From contig JAJDXX010000003.1 of the NCBI GenBank assembly GCA_022823055.1, positions 8,719-72,718 of the forward strand: DNA of 64,000 nt, read 5' to 3'. Shown here piece by piece: positions 35,071-44,106 of the stretch. Made by a program: the position numbers and the translations under genes. The DNA comes from Candidatus Binatia bacterium. Its GTDB lineage: Bacteria; Desulfobacterota; Binatia; UBA9968; JAJDTQ01. How positions within the stretch are numbered: position 1 is the stretch's first letter; each line of letters begins with the position of its first letter. The notes under the pieces are model-generated. The model was not told the DNA's origin. It was given only the letters and a program-made list of their open reading frames with translations, and made no database searches.

Positions 35071-35400
35071 CTAATCGATGTGAACGAAGGCCCTTGCCCA
35101 GTTGTTTGGTGTCAGCGTGTGGCCCTGCCCGGTGACGTCCTCGGCGAGAAAAACGTCCCCGGCCACGAAGGTCCGCGAGGTGCCGTCGCCCACGCGGATC
35201 TCCGCCGAGCCCGAAAGCGTGATGCAGTACTGCCGGCGCGGCGCCGTGTGAAAGTCCCCCAAGTGGGTAGCCGGATCGTTCTTCAGCACCAGGCCCGTGG
35301 CCGGCAACGTCTCGAAGAAGTAGCCGCCCCCGGCGCTGGCGTCGAGGTCCTCGAAGTGGGACTGGCCGTCGTCCCCGGTGAACAATCGAACGAACTGCAC
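35071..35400 (-). CDS. Cupin domain protein
   Basis: 109 aa. 'HTAPRRQYCITLSGSAEIRVGDG..FVAGDVFLAED'. Confidence 0.75.
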   Translation of the reverse strand: MQFVRLFTGDDGQSHFEDLDASAGGGYFFETLPATGLVLKNDPATHLGDFHTAPRRQYCITLSGSAEIRVGDGTSRTFVAGDVFLAEDVTGQGHTLTPNNWARAFVHID

Positions 35401-35521
35401 GGTGAACCTCCTGTGTAGCCGATGTGGCCGAATACGCGGCGACGCCGCGCCTTCCTTTGTACGCCTTCCGATGGGGATAGATCAATCGGCGGGCGGCGTC
35501 GCGTGATTGCCCGGGCCGGTG

Positions 35522-35530
35522 TGCTATACT
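35522..35530 (+). promoter_or_regulatory. Extended -10 promoter candidate for the SDR gene
   Basis: TG-c-TATACT at 35522-35530, 28 nt before ATG 35558. Confidence 0.35.
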
Positions 35531-35557
35531 CGCCGCCATCCGAAACGGGGAGGCACC

Positions 35558-36319
35558 ATGCGACTCAAGGACAAGGTCACCATCATCACGGGGGGCGGAC
35601 ACGGACTCGGAAAAGCCTACGCCAGGCGCTTTGCCGAGGAAGGCGCGCAGGTGGTCATCGCCGACATCGACGCCGCCGCGGGCGACGCCGTGGCCCGCGA
35701 ACTGGCGGACGCGGGCCGGGCCGGGTGGGCGCGCGCCACCGACGTCACGAAGTACGACAGCATCGAGGGCCTCGTGGCGGAAACCCTGGATCGGTTCGGC
35801 CGCATCGACGTGCTGCTCAACAACGCGGCCATCTACGTGACCCAGAAGATGTGGATGGGCCGGGTAGAGGACTGCCCGCTGGACGAGTGGGACCGGGTCA
35901 TGGAGGTGAACCTCAAGGGGGTCTTCATGTGCTGCCGCGCCGTCATCCCGGTCATGAAGGAGCAGAAGTCCGGCAAGATCATCACCATCGCGTCCGGGAC
36001 CTTCCTGAACGGCACCAGCAACATGCCCCACTACACCAGCTCCAAGGGGGGCGTGGTCGGCCTGACCCGGGTGATGGCCCGGCAGCTCGGCGACTGGAAC
36101 ATCAACGTCAACTGCATGACCCCCGGTTCCACCATGAGCGAGGACGTGATCACCGACGAGATCCGCAAGCGCCGATCCGACAGCGCCGGCCGCCGGGCCT
36201 TCAAGCGCGTCGAGGTGCCCGAGGACGTCACCGGCACCGCGCTGTTCCTCGCCAGCGCCGACAGCGACTTCATGACCGGACAGTTGCTGGTGGTGGAGGG
36301 CGGCGGGATCATCCACTAG
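35558..36319 (+). CDS. SDR family oxidoreductase
   Basis: 'VTIITGGGHGLGKA', 'NNAAI' and 'YTSSKGGVVGLTR' (YxxxK). Confidence 0.9.
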   Translation: MRLKDKVTIITGGGHGLGKAYARRFAEEGAQVVIADIDAAAGDAVARELADAGRAGWARATDVTKYDSIEGLVAETLDRFGRIDVLLNNAAIYVTQKMWMGRVEDCPLDEWDRVMEVNLKGVFMCCRAVIPVMKEQKSGKIITIASGTFLNGTSNMPHYTSSKGGVVGLTRVMARQLGDWNINVNCMTPGSTMSEDVITDEIRKRRSDSAGRRAFKRVEVPEDVTGTALFLASADSDFMTGQLLVVEGGGIIH

Positions 36320-37020
36320 TGGCCGGGACGCAGGCATCCCGCACCTTGATCCGCGCCGTTCACGACGAGCTCTGGCTGGTGCGCGAACCCGCGCGGGCTG
36401 CCGGGCAGCAACGGTACATGAAATCGAGCATGCCGTTCATGGGCGTGCGCGTACCCCTGATGCGGAAGACCGCACGGGCCGTCTTCGACCGCTATCCGCC
36501 CGCCGGTGCGGACGATTGGCGGGCCACCATTCTCGCACTGTGGCGCGAAGCGACGTATCGCGAGCAACGCTATGCAGTGGTCGAACTCGCGGTTCACCGC
36601 CCCTTCCTGCGCTGGCTGAACACGAAGTCGGTGGAGATACTGGATGAGCTCATCGTCACCGGCGCCTGGTGGGATTACGTCGACCGCCTCCCGCCCGCGG
36701 GGCTCGGGCACGTCCTTTCCGCCGAACCGAAGCCCATGGGCGCGATGATACGCGGATGGGCGGGGAACGAAAACATCTGGCGCCGCCGCGCCGCGCTCCT
36801 GTGTCAGCTCGGCTTCAAGGAAGACACCGACCTGGCGCTGCTGTACGACTGCATCGGGGCTTGCATGGGCCACCGGGAGTTTTTCGTGCAGAAGGCGATG
36901 GGCTGGGCGCTTCGCGACTACGCGCGGACCGCCCCGGGTGAGGTCCGGCGCTACGTTGCCGCAAACCGTTCCCGTCTCTCGAGGCTCACCTACAGGGAGG
37001 CGCTGAAAAACCTGGCATGA
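36319..37020 (+). CDS. DNA alkylation repair protein (AlkD-like HEAT-repeat family)
   Basis: 'QRYMKSSMPFMGVRVPLMRK', 'WWDYVD' and 'FFVQKAMGWALRDYAR'. Start is uncertain (GTG 36319 or TTG 36346). Confidence 0.8.
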   Translation: MAGTQASRTLIRAVHDELWLVREPARAAGQQRYMKSSMPFMGVRVPLMRKTARAVFDRYPPAGADDWRATILALWREATYREQRYAVVELAVHRPFLRWLNTKSVEILDELIVTGAWWDYVDRLPPAGLGHVLSAEPKPMGAMIRGWAGNENIWRRRAALLCQLGFKEDTDLALLYDCIGACMGHREFFVQKAMGWALRDYARTAPGEVRRYVAANRSRLSRLTYREALKNLA

Positions 37021-37038
37021 GAACGGTGCGGCACAACC

Positions 37039-37890
37039 CTACCCGGCCTTGGACCCGTTGTCCCACACCAGCTTGAGACTCCCGCACGACTCCCCTATCT
37101 CGCCGCGCGCCCGCTCCGGCGGGTAGCCCAGACAGTTCGAGACGTAGCGCACGCCGTCGATGACCCGGTCGCGGTTGCGGTGCTGGTGGCCGTGGACGTG
37201 GACGACCGAGCCCAACGCGCGGAGCTGGGCCTCGATCCGTGTGCTGCCGGCGACCCGGCTGAAGTTGAACCGGACGGCGCGGCCGGCGCGTGGAGGCGGC
37301 GCGGCCGGTGAGCGGAACATCACCTCCCGCCTGGGCAGGAAGTGGCTGAACGACACGACCGGGGCGTCGTACTCGCGGCCCAGGTGAGGCTCGTTCATGT
37401 CGAGAAAATGATCCGCCACGGACAGCCGTTCCGGCCACCGGGTCAGGACTTCATCGGCCCACATGGAAAGGCCTGGGTCGTCGCCCTCCCTGGGAACGTA
37501 CAGGCTTTCCGGACCCTGCTCCGGCTTCACGTACCACGAGAACAGCGGCACGACCCAGGCGCCAGGCTCGTCGGAACCGGAACCGACCCTGGCTGGGTTC
37601 GTGGCCACCCCGAGGTCCGTGCAAAGGCGCATGATCTTCCCGAACTTGGCCACGGAGTCGCCCTGCTCGTCGCGCCGGAGCCATAGCTCATGGTTTCCGG
37701 GAACGAAGAAGACGTGGGCGAACTTCTCGCGGAGGCCGCGGAGAACCCGGGACAGCCTGGCGAGGTCGTCGGTCACGTCTCCCGCCAGCAGCAACGTGTC
37801 ACGCTGGTGCTCGCGGCCGGAGAGGGCTTGGATCAGCGCCATGTTCTGCGGGTAGTCCGCGTGCACGTCGGATATGGCGAAAATGCGCAT
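37039..37890 (-). CDS. Metallophosphoesterase
   Basis: 'MRIFAISDVHAD', 'LLLAGDVTD', 'VPGNHE' and 'HVHGHQH'. Alternative ATG at 37926. Confidence 0.85.
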   Translation of the reverse strand: MRIFAISDVHADYPQNMALIQALSGREHQRDTLLLAGDVTDDLARLSRVLRGLREKFAHVFFVPGNHELWLRRDEQGDSVAKFGKIMRLCTDLGVATNPARVGSGSDEPGAWVVPLFSWYVKPEQGPESLYVPREGDDPGLSMWADEVLTRWPERLSVADHFLDMNEPHLGREYDAPVVSFSHFLPRREVMFRSPAAPPPRAGRAVRFNFSRVAGSTRIEAQLRALGSVVHVHGHQHRNRDRVIDGVRYVSNCLGYPPERARGEIGESCGSLKLVWDNGSKAG

Positions 37891-37938
37891 GGCGGGTCTC
37901 GGGACAGCTCCTTCACCCGCCTTCATACCAGTTCCGTC

Positions 37939-37967
37939 TTGTGATCCGTAGATGCGTTGGATATGAT
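37939..37967 (+). promoter_or_regulatory. Sigma70-like promoter candidate for the split TPP decarboxylase genes
   Basis: TTGTGA (37939-37944) - 17 nt - TATGAT (37962-37967). Confidence 0.4.
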
Positions 37968-37996
37968 CCGGTCCGACCGGTCGCGCAGCGGATTCC

Positions 37997-38512
37997 GTGA
38001 GCGAGGAAAACACCACCCACCGTCCGAGCGAACTGCTGGCCGCCCTGAAGCGGGCCGGCGTGAGCGTCGTGGTCTCGGTCCCCGATAGCTGGATCGGGGT
38101 CTTCATGGAAAAGGTGGACGAGGACCCGGACATGACCCTGATCCGCGCCACCCACGAGGAGGAGGCCCTCTCCATCTCCTGCGGCGCGCGGCTGGGCGGG
38201 GCGCGCACGGTGCTGCTGATCCAGAACGTCGGGCTCCTGACCACCGGCGCGGGCATGGTGTGTCTTGCCCAGCGCTACCAGTTCCCGATCCTCATCCTGG
38301 CCTCGTATCGCGGGTCGCCGCGGGACCCGGTCTTCTACCACATCCCCAAGGGACGGGCGACGGAGCCGGTGCTGCGGGCCTACGGGCTTTCCTACGCGGT
38401 GGCCGAACCGGATTCGCCCATCGGCGCGCAGGTGGAACGGGCCGCGACCTCCGCCGAAGAAGGGGCCGCGCCCTTCGTGCTGCTGCTGGACAGCGAGGAC
38501 ATCCGCTGGTGA
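37997..38512 (+). CDS. Sulfopyruvate/phosphonopyruvate decarboxylase alpha subunit (TPP enzyme N-terminal PYR domain, ComD-like)
   Basis: GTG start. 'VVVSVPDSWIGVF', 'THEEEALSISCGARLGG' and 'LLIQNVGL'. Confidence 0.78.
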   Translation: MSEENTTHRPSELLAALKRAGVSVVVSVPDSWIGVFMEKVDEDPDMTLIRATHEEEALSISCGARLGGARTVLLIQNVGLLTTGAGMVCLAQRYQFPILILASYRGSPRDPVFYHIPKGRATEPVLRAYGLSYAVAEPDSPIGAQVERAATSAEEGAAPFVLLLDSEDIRW

Positions 38513-39117
38513 GCGAGTCGCATCCGACACGGGAAGCCTACTACCGGGTGCTCGCCGAATACGTGTCGGCCGAGACCCTGGTGGTGACCTCCCTGGGCAA
38601 CGCCTCCTACGTCTGGTCCAACGTCTGCGACCGCCCGGAGAACTTCTACCTGGAAGACGCCATGGGGCTGGCGTTGCCGCTGGCGCTGGGGCTAGCGGTG
38701 TCGCAGCCGCGGAAACGGGTGGTGGCGGTGGAAGGCGACGGCGGCCTGATGATGCACCTGGGGACCCTGATCACCGTGGGGTCCGTGGCTCCGCGAAACC
38801 TCACCGTGCTCCTGGTGAACAACAACATCCACGCGGCGTCGGGGGGCCAGCCGCTCACCAACACCGCGCTTGACCTGGCCGATCTGGCCCGTGCCGCCGG
38901 CATCGACAAAGCGGAGCGGGTGGCCTCCCTCGAAGCCTTCCGGACGCTCCTGCCGCCGGCCCTGGACGCGGAGGGGCCCTCCTTCCTGGTGCTGGCCACC
39001 GAACCCGACATACCACCGGTGAAGCCGGCGTTCCCCATGAACCCGCCCATGATGAAGCAGCGTTTCATGGATGCCATCGGGGCGCCGCGCTACGTGCCCG
39101 CCATGTTCCGCACCTGA
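38509..39117 (+). CDS. Sulfopyruvate/phosphonopyruvate decarboxylase beta subunit (TPP-binding PP domain, ComE-like)
   Basis: GTG 38509 overlaps the upstream stop (GTGA). 'AVEGDGGLMMHLGTLITV...VLLVNNN' is the GDG..NN TPP motif. Confidence 0.78.
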   Translation: MSESHPTREAYYRVLAEYVSAETLVVTSLGNASYVWSNVCDRPENFYLEDAMGLALPLALGLAVSQPRKRVVAVEGDGGLMMHLGTLITVGSVAPRNLTVLLVNNNIHAASGGQPLTNTALDLADLARAAGIDKAERVASLEAFRTLLPPALDAEGPSFLVLATEPDIPPVKPAFPMNPPMMKQRFMDAIGAPRYVPAMFRT

Positions 39118-39161
39118 GCCTTCGACTCCCGAAACAGGACCTCCTGGGCCGCCGAAACGTG

Positions 39162-39191
39162 TTGACAGGCTTCCGGCAAAAGGCGTCTAAT
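39162..39191 (+). promoter_or_regulatory. Sigma70-like promoter candidate for TRAP operon 1
   Basis: TTGACA (39162-39167) - 18 nt - TCTAAT (39186-39191). Confidence 0.35.
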
Positions 39192-39281
39192 CGGATCGGG
39201 CTCTGGAGGGAACGGGCGAGTTCCCGGGACTTACGCGTTGCGGGCGCCTTTGCATGTGGTGACCCGAGAGGAGGAGCGAAG

Positions 39282-40280
39282 ATGAAGCGAAACCCATTGG
39301 TCAGTGTATTCGTCGTGGCCGCGCTGGCCCTGCTCTGGCTGGCCGGAACGGCATCCGCCCAAGTGAAGCTCAACATGGTGGGCTCCTGGCCTCCGGGCGT
39401 ATCTTCCGCGGCCGACGTCGGCATCCGCTACATGGAAGAGGTGAACCGGCGCGCCAACGGCAAGGCGGTGATCACCTTCAAGGGAGCGCGGGAAGTGGTT
39501 CCCACCTTCGACCAGCCGGAAGCGCTGGTGCGAGGCGTGTTCGACGTCTGGTTCGGCGCGCTGAACTACTGGGCGGGCGTCGTCAAGCCGGGCTACGTAA
39601 CCGAGCTGTCACCGTTGGAGCCTCCCGACGGCGGACCGGGGCACGCCCTGCATGACTTCATGGTGAAGATGTACGAGAAACAGGGCGTCCGCTACCTGGG
39701 GGCCTTCTCGGGCGATCGGAACACCGGCAACCATTTCATGTCCACCCAGAAGAATGTCTCCAGTCCGGCCGACCTGAAGGGCATGAAGATCCGGGTACCG
39801 CCGCTGACGCGCTTCTTCGTCAAGGCGGTGGGCGCCGAGCCGGTAACCCTTCCGCCGTCGGAAGTCTACCTCGCCTTGGAGAGAGGCACCGTGGAAGGGT
39901 TCACCTGGCCCTACTACGACGGCTTCACCAACTTCGGCTGGCACAAGGTGACCAAGTTCCTCATCGGCCACCCGCTGTACCGAGACGGCATCGGCATCGC
40001 GGTGAACCTGAAGAAGTGGAACAGCCTGTCCAAGGACGTGCAGCAGGCCATGCTGGATTCCGTGGCGCCGGTGCAGCAATGGTCCGCCGGCTGGATGTCC
40101 GCGCACCAAGCCTATCAGTTGGCGGCCATGAAGAAGGCCGGCATGAAGGTCATCCAGTTCTCGGACGCCGAGGCCAAGAACTGGGCCAAGACCTCCAACG
40201 AGGCCCTGTGGGCGCACTTCAAGACCGTGATGAGCGCGGACGACTATGCCACGGCCAGGAAGCTGATGGGATACAACTGA
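39282..40280 (+). CDS. dctP: TRAP transporter substrate-binding protein (DctP family)
   Basis: GAGGAGG then ATG 39282. Signal peptide 'MKRNPLVSVFVVAALALLWLAGTASA' and 'LKGMKIRVP'. Confidence 0.85.
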   Translation: MKRNPLVSVFVVAALALLWLAGTASAQVKLNMVGSWPPGVSSAADVGIRYMEEVNRRANGKAVITFKGAREVVPTFDQPEALVRGVFDVWFGALNYWAGVVKPGYVTELSPLEPPDGGPGHALHDFMVKMYEKQGVRYLGAFSGDRNTGNHFMSTQKNVSSPADLKGMKIRVPPLTRFFVKAVGAEPVTLPPSEVYLALERGTVEGFTWPYYDGFTNFGWHKVTKFLIGHPLYRDGIGIAVNLKKWNSLSKDVQQAMLDSVAPVQQWSAGWMSAHQAYQLAAMKKAGMKVIQFSDAEAKNWAKTSNEALWAHFKTVMSADDYATARKLMGYN

Positions 40281-40296
40281 CGACCCACACCCCTGC

Positions 40297-40812
40297 ATGA
40301 CGGCCGGCAAGAAAATCATCCGCGTCTTCGACTGGCTTCTGGATGCCGGCGCGGCGCTGTCCGGCGCCCTCTTGGTGGCCGTCATGCTCTTGACCTCCAT
40401 CAAGGTCTTCTTCCGGTACGGTCTCCGGGAGGGCCTGCTGGGGGTCGACCAGATCAGCGGCACGCTGCTCGTCTACATCGCTTTCCTGGGCGCCGCCTGG
40501 GTGCTCCGGCGCGAAGAGCACGTCACCATCGACCTGCTGGTCACCCGGCTCAAGCCCGCGACCCGCCGCTGGCTGACCTGTGCCAACTCCGTTGTCGGCG
40601 CGTTGATCTGCCTCGTGGTCGCCTGGTACGGCACCGTCGAAGCCGTGACGTCCTGGCAACGGGGCATCCTCATCCCGGCCGAGATCGAGATCCCCAGGGT
40701 CATCAACCTGGGCGTCATCCCGCTGGGCTGCTTTCTTCTCTCTCTCCAGTTCATGAGACGGGCCCGGCGCGCCTACGACACGGCACCCGAACCCGCAGGG
40801 TCCGGCGGGTGA
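40297..40812 (+). CDS. dctQ: TRAP transporter small permease (DctQ)
   Basis: 171 aa, 4 TM, positioned between dctP and dctM. Confidence 0.85.
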   Translation: MTAGKKIIRVFDWLLDAGAALSGALLVAVMLLTSIKVFFRYGLREGLLGVDQISGTLLVYIAFLGAAWVLRREEHVTIDLLVTRLKPATRRWLTCANSVVGALICLVVAWYGTVEAVTSWQRGILIPAEIEIPRVINLGVIPLGCFLLSLQFMRRARRAYDTAPEPAGSGG

Positions 40813-40823
40813 GGTGAACAGCG

Positions 40824-42137
40824 GTGGAGTGGTGGGCCTACATGCTGTTCTTCTTCGGCGGCCTGACCGCGCTGCTGCTCATCGGCCTGCCGGTGGCCTT
40901 CGCCTTCACGCTGGTGAACATCGTCGGGGTCTACGTCTTCTGGGGCGGCGCCATCGGCCTGCAGCAGCTCGTGCTGAGCATCGACAGCTCCATCTCCACC
41001 TTCGTGCTGGTGCCCGTGCCCATGTTCATTCTCATGGGCGCCGTCATGTTCCATTCCGGCGTGGCCTACAAGATGATCGACGTGCTGGACGAATGGCTGG
41101 GGCGCATCGCCGGCCGGCTTTCGTTGCTGGCGGTGGGCGCCGGCGCGCTGTTCGCCACGCTTACGGGGGTGGCCATGGGCAGCGTGGCCATGCTGGGCTC
41201 CACCCTGGTGCCGGACATGGAGAAGCGCGGCTACAGCAAGTCCATGTCCTACGGACCCATCCTCGCCAGCGGCAGCCTGGCCATCATGATCCCGCCCACC
41301 GCGCTGGGGGTCATCCTCGCAAGCCTGGGCAAGATCTCGGTGGGCAAGCTGCTGGTAGGCATTATCGTTCCGGGCCTGATGCTGGCCGGCGTCTATGCCG
41401 CCTACATCGTCATCCGGTGCACGCTCCAACCGTCGCTCGCGCCGGCATACGACGTGTCCCCCACCCCGTTGGGACGGCGTATCATCGACACCTTCCGGTA
41501 CGTAGTGCCGCTGGTGTCGGTCATCGTCATCGTCATCGGCACGATCTTCTTCGGCGTGGCCACGCCCACCGAGGCAGCGGCCGTGGGCGCGCTGTTCTGT
41601 TTCCTGCTGGCCATGGCCTACGGCAAGCTGACCTGGAACGTCACCAAGGAGGCGGTAGGCACCACGACGTCCATCGCGGTGATGGTGCTGATCATCCTCA
41701 CGGGATCCGCCGCGTTCAGCCAAGTCCTCGCCTTCACCGGCGTCACCTCCGGGATCACCAACCTCGTCGTGGGCCTGCCGGTGCACCCCATCATCATCCT
41801 CATCCTGATGCAGGTGGTGCTGGTGTTCCTCGGCATGTTCATCGAGCAGACCTCCATCGTGCTCGTGACCATCCCCATCTACATGCCCATCGTCAACGCC
41901 CTGGGATGGGACCCGGTGTGGTTCGGCGCCATCATGCTCCTCAACCTGGAGCTCGCCACCATCTCACCGCCCTTCGGGTTGTCGCTGTTCGTGATGAAAG
42001 GCATCGCCTCACCCGGCACCACCATGGGCGACATCTACCGCGCGGCCCTCCCCTTCGTCGGGCTGAACCTGCTGGTGATGGCGCTGATGATCCTCTTTCC
42101 CGCCCTGGTGCTGTGGCTACCGGGGCTGATGAACTGA
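40824..42137 (+). CDS. dctM: TRAP transporter large permease (DctM)
   Basis: 437 aa polytopic. 'PVPMFILMGAVMFHSG'. GTG start. Confidence 0.9.
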   Translation: MEWWAYMLFFFGGLTALLLIGLPVAFAFTLVNIVGVYVFWGGAIGLQQLVLSIDSSISTFVLVPVPMFILMGAVMFHSGVAYKMIDVLDEWLGRIAGRLSLLAVGAGALFATLTGVAMGSVAMLGSTLVPDMEKRGYSKSMSYGPILASGSLAIMIPPTALGVILASLGKISVGKLLVGIIVPGLMLAGVYAAYIVIRCTLQPSLAPAYDVSPTPLGRRIIDTFRYVVPLVSVIVIVIGTIFFGVATPTEAAAVGALFCFLLAMAYGKLTWNVTKEAVGTTTSIAVMVLIILTGSAAFSQVLAFTGVTSGITNLVVGLPVHPIIILILMQVVLVFLGMFIEQTSIVLVTIPIYMPIVNALGWDPVWFGAIMLLNLELATISPPFGLSLFVMKGIASPGTTMGDIYRAALPFVGLNLLVMALMILFPALVLWLPGLMN

Positions 42138-42292
42138 CTTCCCGGCCCTCCCCTTTCCCTCCGCAACTCCTCGCAACATTTTCGTAAGCCGGCGCTAAAG
42201 TCTCCCGCCTTCCGGACGATTTCCCTTACAGGAGCCGGGAACATGGTGGACCCGGCATGGTCGGACGGTTTGCGCAAAGAGGAGGTGCAACC

Positions 42293-42940
42293 ATGCGCAC
42301 AGGTTTGGAACACATTTGGCGCCGGGTGTTCGCGACGGCGATATTCGGCCTGGTGCTGGGCACGGGGTATCCCGCATGGGGTCAGACCGTGTTCATCAAC
42401 GAGGTCCACTACGACAACGCCGGCGCCGACGCGGAGGAAAGGCTGGAGATTGCGGGTCCCGCGGGCACCGACGTGAATGGCTGGAAACTGGTGCTCTACA
42501 ACGGCAAGAACGGCCGCCCGTACCGCACGGTCTCCCTTGAAGGGGCGATCCCGGACCAGCAAGGGGGCTACGGCACCCTGTCATTCTCCGTGAACCGCAT
42601 CGAGAACGGTTCCCCGGACGGCATCGCCCTGGTCAACCCGGCCGGCGAGGTGATCCACTTCATGAGCTACGAGGGCGGCTTTACCGCCACCGCCGGACCG
42701 GCGGAAGGCCTTGCCGCCAAGGACATCGGCGTGCGCGAGTCCAATTCCACGCAGATGGGCCATTCCCTCCAGCTCAGAGGCTCGGGCCATTCCCTGGCCG
42801 ACTTCACCTGGCACGGGCCCGGACAGGCCACCCCCGGTCTGGTGAACGCCGACCAGAACTTCGTCGCCCCTCCGGGGGAAACCACCGATGGCGGCCACAA
42901 CGGCGCCGCGCCCGTGGAGGTGGTGAAGGAAAGCCGCTGA
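42293..42940 (+). CDS. Secreted lamin-tail-domain (LTD) protein
   Basis: GAGGAGG then ATG 42293. Signal peptide, then 'VFINEVHYDNAGADAEERLEIAGPAGTDVNGWKLVLYNG'. Confidence 0.75.
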   Translation: MRTGLEHIWRRVFATAIFGLVLGTGYPAWGQTVFINEVHYDNAGADAEERLEIAGPAGTDVNGWKLVLYNGKNGRPYRTVSLEGAIPDQQGGYGTLSFSVNRIENGSPDGIALVNPAGEVIHFMSYEGGFTATAGPAEGLAAKDIGVRESNSTQMGHSLQLRGSGHSLADFTWHGPGQATPGLVNADQNFVAPPGETTDGGHNGAAPVEVVKESR

Positions 42941-42953
42941 ATCGAGCGTCCAA

Positions 42954-42988
42954 AGTCAGGCCTCCCGCGCCAAGCGGGAAGCCTGACT
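42954..42988 (+). terminator. Hairpin after the LTD gene
   Basis: AGTCAGGC-C-TCCCGC-GCCAA-GCGGGA-A-GCCTGACT, 14 nt after the stop. No T-tract. Confidence 0.5.
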
Positions 42989-43069
42989 CCCCCGTGCCGC
43001 GTGGAATGGATTGCGACAGGCCCGATCCCGGCGGAAGGCCGCCATACGTGTCCGTCCGCGAGAAAGCTG

Positions 43070-43098
43070 TTGACTACGCAACAGGCCGTGGCTAAAAA
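43070..43098 (+). promoter_or_regulatory. Sigma70-like promoter candidate upstream of a structured leader
   Basis: TTGACT (43070-43075) - 17 nt - TAAAAA (43093-43098). Confidence 0.4.
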
Positions 43099-43181
43099 AT
43101 CATTCAGACGGGAAAGCTGAACCCGCGGACACGGACGTGTCGCGCTCGCGGCACTGAATCGACGAAAGGTAAGGAAGACCC

Positions 43182-44042
43182 ATGGCAAAGTTTCGCATAC
43201 AGCCGCACGGCAGGCTCCAGGAATGGGTGGCGGAGGAGTTGGGTTACTTCAAGGACGAGGGACTGGACTACGAGTTCGTCTTCGGTATCGTTTCCCGGCA
43301 GTCCGAGAAGCCCAAGGAAGTTCGTCACGGCGCCCTCGAGGACATGAAGGACGGACGCGCCTGCGAGGTCAGCTCGGCTTGCCACTGGATGGTCAACGTG
43401 GCGGCCACCGGGCAACACGGCCGCATGTGGGGACACGCCTACTCGGTGACGCCCTCGGGCATCTTCGTGCCGCCGGAGTCCGAGATCCGCAAGCCCCGGG
43501 ACCTTGCCAACGTCGACATCGCCGTGGGTTATCACTCGGGCAGCCACTTCTCGGCGCTGCAGGCGCTCGAACCGATCCTCGACGATTCCGAGGTCAAGCT
43601 TCAGTTCGCGGGCCGTCCGCTGGACCGCATGGCACGGTTGCTGGAACGCGACGTTCCGGCGGGCAACGTCTTCGGCGCACCGATGTACGTGCTGGAGCAG
43701 CAGGGGTTTCGCAAGATCGTCGATACCACGTTCATGATCGGCTTCCTGCTGGAGCCGGACTCCGACGAAGAGGACGCAAGGAAGTACTTCAACGCGCTGC
43801 AGCGGGCTCAACGCGACATCGACATGGAGCCGGAGCGCTACCGGCACTATCTCCTGAAGGAAATCCCCGAACGCTACCACGAACTGGTGGACGTCCGCGC
43901 GATGGGCGTGGGCGAGCGCATGGTGTTCGAGCCCTACACGCGGGAAGTGTATGAAAAGACCCACCGCTGGATCGCGACGCGGAACCTGTTCGGCGCGGAC
44001 ACGCCCCTTGACGAGCCCTACGAGTCCGCGGTCACGCTGTAG
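43182..44042 (+). CDS. Cytoplasmic PBP2/NMT1-like fold protein of unknown function
   Basis: 286 aa, no signal peptide. 'RIQPHGRLQEWVAEELGYFKDEGLDYEF' and 'VDIAVGYHSGSHF'. Confidence 0.65.
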   Translation: MAKFRIQPHGRLQEWVAEELGYFKDEGLDYEFVFGIVSRQSEKPKEVRHGALEDMKDGRACEVSSACHWMVNVAATGQHGRMWGHAYSVTPSGIFVPPESEIRKPRDLANVDIAVGYHSGSHFSALQALEPILDDSEVKLQFAGRPLDRMARLLERDVPAGNVFGAPMYVLEQQGFRKIVDTTFMIGFLLEPDSDEEDARKYFNALQRAQRDIDMEPERYRHYLLKEIPERYHELVDVRAMGVGERMVFEPYTREVYEKTHRWIATRNLFGADTPLDEPYESAVTL

Positions 44043-44061
44043 CGGACCGACTCCCGCCAAC

Positions 44062-44098
44062 GGACGGCAGGCCGCCGCGCGCCCTGTGCCTGCCGTCC
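44062..44098. terminator. Bidirectional hairpin between convergent genes
   Basis: GGACGGCAGGC (44062-44072) pairs perfectly with GCCTGCCGTCC (44088-44098). Loop is 15 nt. Confidence 0.5.
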
Positions 44099-44106
44099 GC
44101 TGATCC

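Noticed and set aside
37997-39117. Phosphonate biosynthesis (phosphonopyruvate decarboxylase) interpretation of the split TPP enzyme.
   Set aside because: No PEP phosphomutase or aminotransferase/phosphonate tailoring genes are in the window. The adjacent uptake system fits catabolism better. It cannot be excluded without a genome-wide pepM search.
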